A stretch of 64,000 bases of DNA, from contig CM075996.1 in assembly GCA_038087875.1 (NCBI GenBank), positions 5,334,001 to 5,398,000 on the forward strand, written 5' to 3'. The DNA comes from Malacoraja senta. Its lineage: Eukaryota. Of this stretch, positions 1 through 12,115 are shown one piece after another. Both the position numbers and the translations under genes were made by a program. The number at the start of each line of letters is the position of its first letter. Position 1 is the first letter of the stretch. The notes below the pieces were generated by a model that saw nothing but the letters and a program-made list of their open reading frames with translations, was not told where the DNA came from and made no database searches.

Positions 1-125
1 GGGACCAACGCCGCACAGGCCTCGGCAGTTTGCGTTTGACCGAACCCGCGGTCTCTGGCGGTCCAAGAGCGGTAGATACTTCCTGTATCACCGCCAATGA
101 CCGCAGACTCGTGAGACAGGCCTTT
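1..125. mobile_element. Right end of a probable PIF/Harbinger-like non-autonomous DNA element (truncated by window start)
   Basis: Ends in GTGAGACAGGCCTTT followed by TAA, resembling the GTGGGACAGGCCCT|TAA termini at 41299 and 57148; CpG-rich interior. Confidence 0.4.
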
Positions 126-636
126 TAAGTACACAATTAGAAACACATTGTACACTTGCCCAAGGGGCAGAGAAAGGTCATTGCAGTAAAATGGAGATTC
201 TCACTGCTGAAACTAAGTATCCAAATTGTATGGTAGCAAACATACTTCACCCAATGTGATTGACAAGAGAAAAATCTCCTCAATTGCTGCAAATGCCCAA
301 GAGCTTAAAACTACCCTCGCATTTCAACAGTCACAGTAATACAGAAATACATCACTCGAGTTAACCCCCAAATCCTTTAAAACTCATTTAACTGCTTTGT
401 GCAGAGGCTGTGCTCAATGCCCTACAAGATTCCAAGATGATACTGGTCTGCACGATGTTTTTAAAGGCTTTCCGTCTTGGTGACCAAGCTTTAATTCGAA
501 TCATGACTACAGGAGTGAGAGAAAGATCAAATTTAATGATCAACTGTTTTGAGCGTACATAATTCCACTTTCTAGACCACTTCCCGCAATAGAGGTTGCT
601 CCTCCCTTCAGAACCTGGCTATGGCATAAGATTTGG

Positions 637-942
637 GGTGGCACGGTGGCACAGCGATAGAGTTGCTGCCTTCCAGCGCCGGAGACCCAGGTTCGATCCA
701 GACTACTGGCTGTACGGAGTTTGTACGTTTTCCCCGTGATTGCGTGGGTTTCTCCCCCCCCGAGATCTTCGGTTTCCTCCCACACTCCAAAGACGTACAG
801 GTCTGTAGGTTAATTGGCTTGGGATAGTATACTTGGTATAAGTGTAAATTGTCCTTAGGCTTGTGTTAATGTGTGGGATCGCTGGTCAGCACACTCGGTG
901 GGCCGAAGGGCCTGCTTCTGCGCTCTTTCTCTAAACTAAACC
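637..942 (+). mobile_element. tRNA-derived V-domain SINE (HE1-like)
   Basis: A-box GGTGGCACAGCG and B-box GGTTCGATCC, V-domain GGAGTTTGTACGT...GGTTTCCTCCCACACTCCAAAGAC, CR1-type tail GGGCCGAAGGGCCTG...CTAAACTAAAC; many further copies in window. Confidence 0.85.
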
Positions 943-1011
943 TGTGCACAGCAAATGGACACCGCTGCTCACCGACCTACACTGGCTCCCCACGTCATAA
1001 TGCTGCAATTT

Positions 1012-1432
1012 AGAAAATAGGCAATAGATAATAGGTGCAGGAGTAGGCCATTTGGCCCTTCGAGCCAGCACCACCATTCAATGTGATCATGGCTGATCAT
1101 CCCCAATCAGTACCCCGTTCCTGCCTTCTCCCCTGACTCCGCTATTTTTAAGAGCCCTATCTAGCTCTCTCTTGAAAGCATCCAGAGAACCTGCCCCCAC
1201 CACCCTCCGAGGCATAGAATTCCAGACTCACCACTTTCTGTGAGAAAAAGTGTTTCCTCGTCTCTGTTCTAAATGGCTTACTCCTTATTCTAAAACTGTG
1301 GCCCCTGGTTCTGGACTCCCCCAACATCGGGAACACGCTTCCTGCCTCTAGCGTGTCCAAACCCTTAACAATCTTATATGTTTCAATGAGATTCCCTCTC
1401 ATCCTTCTAAACTCCAGATTGTACAAGCCCAG
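1012..1432 (-). mobile_element. CR1-type LINE 3' fragment
   Basis: ORF2 C-terminus LEFRRMRGNLIETYKIVKG...RTRGHS plus 3'UTR ending in CTATT-type repeats. Confidence 0.85.
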
Positions 1433-2211
1433 TGTACAAGTCCATTTAAAATCTTTATTTTACAATCCCTTCCCGGTTCTGTCTCCGATAACCATTTTCA
1501 ACTGTACAATCCACACAGACTTCTGTGCATCTCAAAATTTGTCCTCTTGCCATCCTAATTTTAATAATTCCACCAATGCGGCTGTTCTTTCAGTTGCCTC
1601 GGCTCAGAAAATATGACTCCTTCAGTAAACTGCTCCAAGACATTCCTGAAAGCCTTGCAACTTTGCGCAATCTTAGCCGCCAGTCCCCATACCTTCTCGA
1701 GTTAGATGTCAAATTTTATTTGACAACGTCCTTGTGAAATGCCTTGGGATGCTTTGCTGTCAAGGAGTTGAGAAGTGGGGAGATATACAAATAAGGTTGG
1801 TTGTGTAATAAAGCAGTTCAGTTTATTGCCACGTGTACGGAGGTACAGCGAAAAGCTTTTGCTGCGTGCTAACCACAGCAGAAAGACAACACATGATAAC
1901 AGTCGAGCCATTTACAGTGTATAGATAAATGATATGGGAATAACGTTTAGTGCAAGGTAAAGCCAGTAAAGTCCGAGGGTCACCAATGAGGTAGATAGCA
2001 GTTCAGCACTGCTCTCTGGTTGTGGTAGGATGGTTCAGTTGCCTGATAACAGCTGGGAAGAAACTGTCCCTAAATCTGGTGGTGTGTGTTTTGTGATGGT
2101 ATTCAACATAGTCAACTCCATTTTGCTTGTCTGGGTCGAGAACGACAAGAACAGGTAAGATTTATCTTTACAGTAATAGAATTAAAGATTTGAAAACAAT
2201 GCCTTTATGGT

Positions 2212-2915
2212 TCACAGGTTATAGGAGTAGAATTAGGCCATTCGGCCCATCGAGTCCACTCCGCCGTTCAATCATGGCTGATCTCGGCTGCCTAATCCAA
2301 TTTTCCTGCCTTCTCCCCATAAACCTTGACACCCGCTCTAATCAGGAATTTGTCTATCTCTGCCTTAAAAATATCCACTGACGGCCTCTGTGGCAATGAA
2401 TTCAACAGATTCACTACCCTCTGACTAAAGAAGTTCCTCCTCACCTCCTTTCTAAAAGAGCGCCCTTTAATTCTGAGGCTCTGACCTGTGGTCCTAGACC
2501 CTCCCACCAGTGCAAACATCCTTTCCACATCCACTCTAACTATGCCTTTCATTATTCTGTAAGTTTCAATGACGTCCCCCCCTCAACCTTCTGAACTCCA
2601 GTGAGTAGAGGCCCAAGTGCTGTCAAGCAGTCATCATATGCTAACCCACTCATTCCTGGAATCATTCTTGTAAACCTCCTCTGGACCTTCTCCAGAGCCA
2701 GCACATCCTTCCTCAGATATGGGCCCCAAATTTGCTCACAGTACCCCAAATGCAGCCTGACCAGTGCCTGATCGAGCCTCTGCATTACATCTGTTTTTGT
2801 ATTCCAGTCCTCTTGATATCAATGCTAGCATTGAATTTGCCTTCCGTGCTACCGATTCGACTTGCAAATTAACTTTTTGGGAGTCCTGCACCAGCACTCC
2901 CAAGTCCCTTTGCAA
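2212..2915 (-). mobile_element. CR1-type LINE 3' fragment (frameshifted)
   Basis: QRDLGVLV, LVRLHLGYCEQIWGPYLRKD and RRNFFSQRVVNLLNSLP motifs in successive frames. Confidence 0.85.
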
Positions 2916-4560
2916 GTCCCCGTTCCTTAAACCAAGCATGACTTTGTTCATAAACTAAAATCGTTTTTAATGTTTTCTGCAACGCATTGCCGTTACGCCA
3001 CTTAACCTTGAGCTCAGCTAGTCTAAACATAGCACACCACAGATCATCTGCAAAGAGATTGCATAACATTCTTTCCCCTTTCACAGAAATCCACGTTGAA
3101 GTTGATCTCTTATTAGCCCAGGCAGCAACGTCTTTGAAAATCTGCATGACCACCAATCCCCATATACAAGTGTAACAGTTTACGTTTCCAAAAGCCACCT
3201 TAATATGCGTCTTCAATATTGGAAGGCACCCAAGGATTACAGACAACTAATCCAAAGTCCAACAAACAAACCGGTCAGGACAAATGTTCTGGAGTAACTC
3301 AGCGGGTCAGGCAGCATGTCTGGAGAACATGGCCCGGTGACATTTCGTGCCGGGATCCTTCTTCAGATTGGGATCCATCTTCACGTTACTTAGAAACATT
3401 CATCTTGGCTTCACAAATCTAGTCTTTACCAGACTAAATATTATCCCACATCATTCCATGAGTTGGCCCAGCCCACAGTCCTTTGGTGTACAGAAGAGAA
3501 TCACAAAGATTCATAATACTCATTGCTGTATTCATTGGACATGCCCCTTTTGAAACCAGCTACCCCATTCCTAGATTTCCAGTTTCCTCAAAATAATCCA
3601 AGGGAAAATTCCCTCAGAATCTATCCTGCTCAGTCCACTACAGTAAGTTCACCCATTTCCTGCAATATTCAATGAGCATAGATAAAACCTGCTCAACCTT
3701 TCCTTCAAGACAACCCCCTCATGCCAAGATACAACCTAGTGAACCTTCTCTTAATTCTGCCTCTGATGTCAATGTGCCTATCCTTAAATAAGGAGACAAA
3801 ACTATATGGAATACACAAGGAGTGGTCTCATTCGTTTAACAAACTTTCCCCACTTTTATATATTACCTCCTGTACAAAGATCATCATTCTGTTTACCTTA
3901 GTTACCTGCTCTACAAGCATGCCAACTGAGGACAACCAGATCCCTCTGTAGGACATCCCATGTCTCATCTTTTATATAATATTCTGCTTACCTGTTCTTC
4001 CTACCAAACGGATAATGCCACATGCTCTGGGCAAAATGTTTGCCCATTCTGTAAAGACTGCATCAACTCCTATAATCTTTGTATCGTCAGCCAACTTGAT
4101 AACAATGGCTTAGGCCAAGGCACTAATATTTACATGAAATAGATAGAAGCCTTAGCAATCAACCCAGAGGCTTCCTACCATTATAATATGGAAACCCAAA
4201 TGTAACCCATCCACTCCAACCTGTTTTCTTGCTGATAAGCAAACCCTTTATCCATGGGAATACATCTGCCCAAACATCATGATCCGTTAGTAATATCCAT
4301 GGGAATATGTCCAGTAACATCCATGAGAATACACCCGCCCCAACTTCATAATCTATTAGTCTGTCCAGTAATATTTGGTGTCGCCTTTTGCAAAACCATA
4401 GAGACACACAAATGCTGGAGTAACTCAGCAGATAAGGCAGCATCTCTGGAGATGCATCTACTGGTGCCCCCATATGCACCCTGCTCAACATATCCTCAAG
4501 TCCCTAAATGACCCTGGTATAACCTTTGTATTGCTTGACATGAAACTCACCACTAACTCC

Positions 4561-4793
4561 TGTGAAGAGTGCAGGAAGGAACTGCTGGTGCTGGTTTACA
4601 CTGAAGATAGACACAAAATGCTGGAGTAACTCAGCAGATCAGGCAGCACGACTTGAGAGAAGGAATGGGTGTGTAAGAAAGAACTGCAGTTGCTGGTTTA
4701 AATCGAAGGTCGACACAAATCGCTGGAGTAACTCAGATCAGGCAGCATCGCTGGATAGAAGAAATGGGTGACATTTCGGGTCGAGACCCTTCT
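4561..4793 (-). mobile_element. Two head-to-tail Penelope-like pseudo-LTR fragments
   Basis: GGAACTGC...GACACAAAATGCTGGAGTAACTCAG unit occurs twice; same sequence as the terminus of the GIY-YIG-bearing copy at 6785-7298. Confidence 0.65.
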
Positions 4794-6784
4794 TGCCTGG
4801 TAATGTATTTTCCCCAAACACTTCAGCCAACTCGGCCTTCAAATCTTAGTAAGTGCTTTTATGATCAAGGCAAAATAATACAAAAAAACATAGAAAATAG
4901 GTGCAGGAGGAGGCCATTCGGCCCTTCGAGCCAGCACCTAAAATGTTCTTGAGTAACTCAGTGGGTCAGGCAGCATCTCAGAAGAACATGGCTGGGCAAT
5001 GTTTGTGTCTGGACCCTTCAGACTGATGGGGGGGGGGGGGGGGGGGGTGGGGGGGTGAAGAAAGCTGGAAGTGAGAAGGGGTGGGATAAAACCTGGCGAG
5101 TGATAGGGGCGAGGGGACTTTTAATTGGCAAATTGTTGGACGAAGGCCAGAGATGAAAGGACAATAGATATGAGATAAGGATAGAGGAGGTACACATTGT
5201 GAAGCTAAAGGAAAGGATATAGACAATAGGCAATAGGTGCAGGAGTAGGCCATTCGGCCCTTCGAGCCAGCACCGCCATTAAATGTGATCATGGCTGATC
5301 ATCCACAATCAGTACCCCGTTCCTGCCTTCTCGCCATATCCCCTGACTCCGCTATTAAGAGCCCTATCTAGCTCTCTCTTGAAAGCATCCAGATAACCTG
5401 CCTCCACTGCCCTCTGAGGCAGAGATATAGGTGGAAGGGATGGGAGAGGGGAAAAATAGGTGTGAGTCTAGGCGGGGCACACAGAACAGGGAGGAAATAT
5501 TGTTCTTCCAACTCATTCAAATACTGAAAATTCTGCTAACACTTTCCTCATCCCAACCAGAATAATCTTATGAAACCATTAATGAATCCTGTTCATTCTC
5601 AGTTCACTAACAGCTAAAAAGTCAATTCCCTGGTTAATTCAATTTTCCTAAAAAAAAAACTCAACCCAAAACACTGACCTCATCCTTAAAGCTACTTTGA
5701 CAATTTATTCAATGTGAAATTTCTTAATTTACGCTGCATCTTACATTACGAATGCTGTCTCTGGACTGCTCCTACAAGTGACTATTTTAAATTTCTCATC
5801 TCCGCTCAATTATTCTAAATCGTGATTTTCGGAGTCAAAAATAGTTTCACACTACAGTACTGACCTCATCCTCTTAATACAGCCATCACACCTCTTCCGA
5901 AAATGTCAAAGCAAACCAAAATATTCAGTCCCCCTGGTCTGGCTACCTCGCAATGACATCTTTACGAAACCATTTTATTACTTCCATTAGTGCCATCAAT
6001 TCATCTAACTTGTTACAAAAGTAGTGTGCATTTTGATGAAGAGCTTTTACTGTTATATTTTTCTCCATATTCCCGTTCTCCGACAATAATTGCAGGTGCA
6101 CATAAGTTTGTACACAACGTGCCCTCCTGTTACACTCTGGTTATCGAGACCCATTTCGCTACCCGCCATCATTTTTCTTTGTCCTAATTATTCTCTCGTG
6201 TGAACATGCTCTCTCAACCCCTCCCAACCTTCAGTTTAAAGCCAGGTCTAGTTATCCAATTCAAGCTTCTGTCATCCCAACGCACCAGCCCCTTTTTCAT
6301 TACTAGTGTCAGGATCAGATTTGAGCCGGCCACACAGTCTGACCTGTGTAGGAAGGAACTGCAGATGCTGGTTTGTACTGAAGATAGACACAAAATGTTG
6401 GAGTACCTTACCAGTCAGGCAGCATGGGGGAAAAAGAATGGGTGGCATTTTTGGTCGGAGCCCTTCTTCGGCCATTTAAGGAGCGGATGGGAACTGGGGG
6501 TAGGAAAGGCGTTCTGCAGAGATGTTGTCTGACCCGCTGTGTTACTCCAGCATTCCGATCTGGTTAATCCAATAGAATTTGGTGCAGGGCTCCAAGATGA
6601 CCACTTTTTAGATTTCACTTTTTCATTTGGACTGCAGCTGTTCATACTGCCTCACCAAAACCTCCTGCTTTGCCCTAATCGAAGTTCACCACAATGACCA
6701 TCTTTCCCTATGCAATAAGCTTTTCCATAGCTCCGAAGATCTTTAATCCACACATGTGGCATTCAGCAAAGCCTTTGGAATTTG

Positions 6785-7298
6785 AAACACTTTAACCCCC
6801 TCCCCCATTGCTACACTTTAACCCCCTTCCATTCCCACACTGACCTCTCCGTCCTGGGCCTCCTCCACTGTCAGAGTGAGGCCCAGCCCAAATTGGAGGA
6901 ACAGCACCTCATATTTCGCTTGGGCGAACATCGACTTCTCTAACTTCAAGTAACCCTTCCTTTCCCTCTCTCTCCATCCCCTCCCCCTTCCCAGTTCTCC
7001 GACAAGTCTGACTGTCCCCGATTACATTTTATGTTTGCTTTGTCGTTACCTTCCCCTAGCTAACAACAATCTATTCTACATTTTCCTTGATCTCCACCCC
7101 CTTTGATGTCGCGTTCTCACACCTTACACTTCCTTATCTCTGTATCTCCCCTCCCCCTGACTCCCAGTCTGAAGAAGGGCCTCGACCTGAATTGCCACCC
7201 ATTCCTTCTCTCCAGAGATGCTGCCTGTCCCGCTGAGTCACTTTAGCAATTTGAATCTATCTTCGATTTAAACCAGCATCTGCAGCTCCTTCATACAC
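6785..7298 (+). mobile_element. Penelope-like retroelement 3' end: GIY-YIG C-terminus plus pseudo-LTR with degenerate hammerhead motif
   Basis: Translates as SHSHTDLSVLGLLHCQSEAQPKLEEQHLIFRLG, typical of the PLE endonuclease C-terminus; followed by pyrimidine-rich UTR and CTGAAGAAGGGCCTCGACCTGAA at about 7169. Confidence 0.8.
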
Positions 7299-9220
7299 CT
7301 TTGGAATTCATGTTAATTTCTGAAGAGAAATAGACCTATACCCACCATTATACAACCCGAACACCACTGCTGCCAAGTGACCTGCTGAGTTACTCCAGCA
7401 CTTTGTGTCCTTTTTGCCCGACTACTTTCCACTTCATTTGCCCAAACTTCAAAAGACCCCTATACCAAAATGCTAAATGATCAGTTTTCTTATTCTCCCT
7501 ATAACCTTAGCTCTAATCCCCAGGAACCTTGTACATTTTGACCAAAAGGTTTGTGGTTCCTACCCGTGTAGGAAAGAACTGCAGATGCTGGTTTAAATCG
7601 AAGGTAGACACAAAATGCTAGAGTAACTCAGCAGGACAGACAGCATCTCTGGAGAGAACGAATGGGTGATGTTTCGGGTCGAGACCCTTCTTCAGAGCTT
7701 CCTACATTCTGCATTCACTTAGCAGCCTCACATGCAGTCACAACACTTGTCTATCCACAGACCCAACATACAATACTTAATCCAAAATGGACGGCAGGTA
7801 AATTTCCCTCCTCTGATGCATTGCAGTGGCTGAAGCTTGTACTCCAGCTCATCAACACTCGAGCTGAAGTTCAAGCTGCAAATCTGACAACTCAGGATCA
7901 CAGGAATCCCCCACCACCCACCATGTGCTACAGCCACATTACCCGACTCTCCATGTAATAGGAAAAATAAAATAAGCAAACTGACTAGTTATAATTTAAT
8001 ATTTTAATAAGTATTTTCAATTAGATTTTTGCTCAGGGTGAACTGAGTGAACCATCCGATAGAAAAGAAATTAATGCTTTCCACCACAGGGAGTACAGTG
8101 GCGCACCTGGTAAAGCCGATGACCCCAGTTCAATCCTGACCCTGGGTGCTGTGTGTGAGGAGTTTGCACGTTCTCCATGTGACACGTGGATTTTCTCCAG
8201 GTGCTCTGGTTTCCTCCCACATCCCACAAGATGCAGGTTTGTAGGTTCATTGGCCTTTAAATTTGCTCCTAATGTGTAGAGGGTGGATCTGAAAATGGGA
8301 TTGAGTAGAACTGGTGTGAACGTCACCTATTTCCTTCGCTCCATAGATGCTGCCTCACCCGCTGAGTTTCTCCAGCATTTTTGTCTACCTCTGAACGGGT
8401 GATTGATGGTCAGCGTGGACTTGTTGGGCTAGAGGGCCCGTTTCCATGCTGTTTTTTGACGCAAGGCTGGTTATTGCTTAAATCTTTTGAACATTTATGG
8501 GTTGCAACCACTCGTGCTTCTAAATCAACCCAGATTTGTTTTCATAACAGACTACACAAAATTCTCCACTCGTTAAATTCCAGTGTTTAGTGGCCTATGG
8601 AACCAGATTCCCTGCGTGTTAGTAAATCCTTCATGCGTTCACACGAGTAGAAATTCCACAGGCCCATGTCAGCATCAATGATGGTAATTACCAGGCAAGT
8701 AACTCCAACTGGCTACGTATTTGACAATCACAGAACAATCTTTAAAACTCTCACTCTCAAATTCTATGATCAGTACTAGTAGTCCACGAGTCCATGTAAT
8801 TAGACTGTGCTACTTGCACTAATCCTCTATTCAGAAACATAAAAGTCCCTGGATTGATTTTATAAATCGCAGCCCAGTCATTTCCCTTCATCTACAGCGT
8901 TGTATTCCCACTATAGTTCCAGACTGTGGATTACTGTTCACTACACCCTCATTCCCCCGACTTTATACTTGCAATTCTAATCAGTCCCTTGTCCATTCTG
9001 ATCAATGGGGAGCAACAAACCTTCCTCCATTCTGCCCTGCACTTGACTGGCAAAGTTGACCCAAGCTTTGACTCGCCCAGTCAGTGCAAGATTAATCAAC
9101 TTGCTTTCTATCATGTCACTTTATGGGCACGCATGCTCTCTATCTGGCATGGAGTCCTGTAGTAATCATTGATGGGTGTCCACGCACCATCCGTAACTTG
9201 GCTTGTCCAGACGGAGCCAC

Positions 9221-9680
9221 CTTCTTCTTCTTCTATCGTGTGTCTTTTAGACCTGCAGCTCCATTGAGGCAAGCCAGGCCAACGTGTCATCGTCCAGGTC
9301 AATCAGACCTCGTTCACCATTCGGTGGCCGGTGTTTGGGGCAACTGGTGACTATGTGCTCCACTGTCTGTGTGGAGTCCACACACTCGCAGGAGGCGCTG
9401 TCCACGAGGCCCCACCTCTTCATCGCTACTCCATAGCGTCCGATGCCTGTCCTCAAGCGGTTGAGGGTTGTCCACTGCTTTCGGGGCAGGTCCTGGCCAG
9501 GGATGTCCACGGGGTCATCGATGTAATGGTGTAGCCTAGATGGTTCCGCTGACTTCCACTGGTCTCTCCATCTCGTCTTGACCCAGGCGGCCTTAGAAGT
9601 GTCAGCCGGTGTTGTGCAGAGCAGCTCTTGGGCTTGCGTGGCAAAGGGGTGCCGTGACTTGAGGAGCCACCTGCTTAGTC
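9221..9680 (-). mobile_element. Ingi/Vingi-type non-LTR retrotransposon 3' fragment
   Basis: ORF 9247-9510 LPRKQWTTLNRLRTGIGR..KRWG..CEC..QTVEHIVTSCP with C-terminal CCHC knuckle; short 3'UTR and (GAA)n tail. Confidence 0.7.
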
Positions 9681-9776
9681 ATTAACCATGGAACAGGCTT
9701 TACTAGTTTACATAGCAAGAGAGAAGGCCAGAAGAGCCATGGCCCGAGAGATTTGAAATGGAATCTAAGAATGCCA

Positions 9777-9856
9777 GGTATGAAAGCCGTCTAAAGCGCC
9801 TGATTAAGGCGCCAGCCTCTTCGGGGGCACGAGTTCAAACCCCACTGCTGCCACCA
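9777..9856 (+). pseudogene. tRNA-Leu(AAG) pseudogene ending in CCA
   Basis: GGTA...GTCTAAAGCGCCTGATTAAGGCGCCAGCCTCTTCGGGGGCACGAGTTCAAACCCCACTGCTGCCA+CCA matches vertebrate tRNA-Leu-AAG including the long variable arm; anticodon AAG at 9806-9808; D-arm deleted or degenerate. Confidence 0.8.
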
Positions 9857-10179
9857 CTGTTTAGGTCGGACAGTAGCACAGTGTTAGACACCCAGGTTCA
9901 ATCTTGATCCTATGTGGAGTACTTCTCCATGACTGCACAGGTTTCTTCCAGGTGTTCTGGTTTCCTGGCACATCTCAGGAAGACATGCAGATTTGTAGGG
10001 AATTGACTTCTGTAAATTCCACCCAACATGTAGGGAGTGGATGCGACAGTGGGACAGTGTGAACGGGTGATCGATTGTTAGCATGGACTCAGTGGGGCCA
10101 AGGGCATGTTTCCAATCTGAGCTTTTAAAACTAAGTCTTTCATCCCTTGACCCCAGAACTCGGATCGGATTTTAGCATG

Positions 10180-11690
10180 GCCTGGTGGTTGAACAATGTA
10201 GGCTGTGCTTAAGTCAGATCGGAGGTTTCAAGAAGGCTGATCCTGCACTGTACGCTGCGGCCAAATATAATATCTGCGAGAAAATCAGGGATGCCAATAA
10301 ATGGTCCAAACAACTAAATTCAATCAAGCAGATGCCCAGAGACTGTGGCGGGAGCCAAATACCTCCACAGGCTACAAGCCAAAACCAGGAGAGCACTGGC
10401 AATTATGCAATGCTACTGAATGAGCTCAATGCCATTTACGACCATTTTGAACAAACAAAGTTCCACCTAGGGTGTATCTTTCCATCTCCCGATAGCTCTG
10501 CCCCGTACATCTTAGTGACAGGTAGGCTTTCACAAAGGTAAGCTATTGAACGCAGCCAGTCCGGATGGAGTCCCTTGATGGGTTCTGAAATGCTGTGCCA
10601 ATCAACTAGCCACAGATTTTGCCAGCATCTTCAAGCTCCCATGACAGTCTACTGTCCCAACTGCTTCAAGGGAACCTTCTTCATTCCATTCCCCAAGAAC
10701 AATAAAGCCATCCATCTCAATGGCTACTTCCCAGTAGTTCAAACATCAACTATCCTTGGAAAGACTGGTAATGGCCTACATCTGCACCTGCTCTCCATAC
10801 AATCGAGATCTGTTGGAATTGGAAAAAATAGGCCTGTGGAGGACACCATCTCTTGTACTAAATTCAGCAGTAAATTCACCTTGACAATAAGAACACATGT
10901 TAGGATGCTATTTATTACAGAGCTCAGTCTTCAACACCATTATAACAAATACACTCATCCCCAAACTTCTAGATCTTGGCCTTGAGCCTCCATCTACAAC
11001 CAATTTTGGACTTCTTGACTGGCAGACCAGTCATTTAGACTTGATGATAATTCCTCCACTCCAACCCTCAACGCTGGGGTTGTGCGCTCATTCCTTTACT
11101 CTATTTCCTTACACTTTTGACTAACACTAACTCAATTTTTGTTTACTGATTATACCACTGTTGTCAGCCAGATCAACCATAACAATGAGATGAACGGGCG
11201 AGAGATCAAGAACCTTGCATCATGGTGGCAGGACAACCATCGAACCCTTAAAGTCAGTAACACAAGTTGACTTCAAGCATGGAGGCCAACACAACCCTAT
11301 CCTTATCAATGGAACAGCTGTAGGTTGACAGCATCAAATTCTGAGGCATCCATATTACCAGCAATCTAACCTGGTCCTTTCACACTGATGTGGTGATCTA
11401 AAAAGATAGTTCTCTGATCAGATGCATCTCAGCCAGGTAAGGCAACTGCACTGCTCTTGACAACCTGAACTTCCAGAATGTGAACAAAGTGCAGTCTATC
11501 ACAAGCTCATCACTAAATTCAACCCAGCCCTGCTTCATGGTGCATAGCATCAGGAAGGCCTGAAGTATCATCAAGGATGCCTGCTACCCTTATTCACTCT
11601 TCTATCTCCTCAGAGGAGATACAGAAGCTTGAAAGATACAATGTCCAGACTTAACGGCTCTCAGACTCCTGAACTAATCACTGGTTCCAC
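10180..11690 (+). mobile_element. Degenerate Rex1/Babar-type LINE (RT region to 3' end)
   Basis: CFKGTFFIPFPKNNKAIHLNGYFPV, NRPVEDTIS, THVRMLFI and SVFNTII motifs resemble Rex1 RT; many frameshifts. Confidence 0.7.
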
Positions 11691-11706
11691 ACCAATTTTC
11701 AGGACC

Positions 11707-12115
11707 GTTGGCCCCCCTAGTTGTTGGGTCAGATTCAAGCCTGGGCGATGTCATATGGAGGACAGGCTGTTGCCCATGCAGCACATCCCCCCTCTCCATG
11801 TCGCTGATCGATCCAAAGGAACAGCAGGGCCGTTACAGTTTAGCACCAGCGCTGTCGCAGGAGCTGCCAGAGCGAGGTTGTAGACAACGACGAACTGCCT
11901 TAGGGGCTCTGACTCCGGATTTTCTTGAGGTTTACTCCTGGAGCCTTTTCCATGACTGGATATTGCCACAAGGCAGTGGAGGTTTTAAATCAGAGTTTTC
12001 CCTCTCCTAGATGGACTGCCTTCCCAGGCTGACGAGCCCCATCTGCCCGAGACTAGTGGGGGCGGGAGCGTCTACCTTCCCGTGCAGGTCTATAGCACCT
12101 GCCCACTGCCCACAC
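11707..12115 (-). mobile_element. Non-autonomous retroelement (RTE/Ingi-like 5'UTR-derived) with 11-bp TSD
   Basis: TTTTCAGGACC at 11696-11706 and 12116-12126 flanks the insert; minus strand carries GGGGCTCGTCAGCC...CTAGGAGAGGGAAAACTCTG, reminiscent of RTE-type 5' regions; family and strand tentative. Confidence 0.6.

Noticed and set aside
637..710. tRNA genes at SINE heads
   Set aside because: tRNA-like A and B boxes continue into V-domain and LINE tail; these are SINEs, not tRNA genes.
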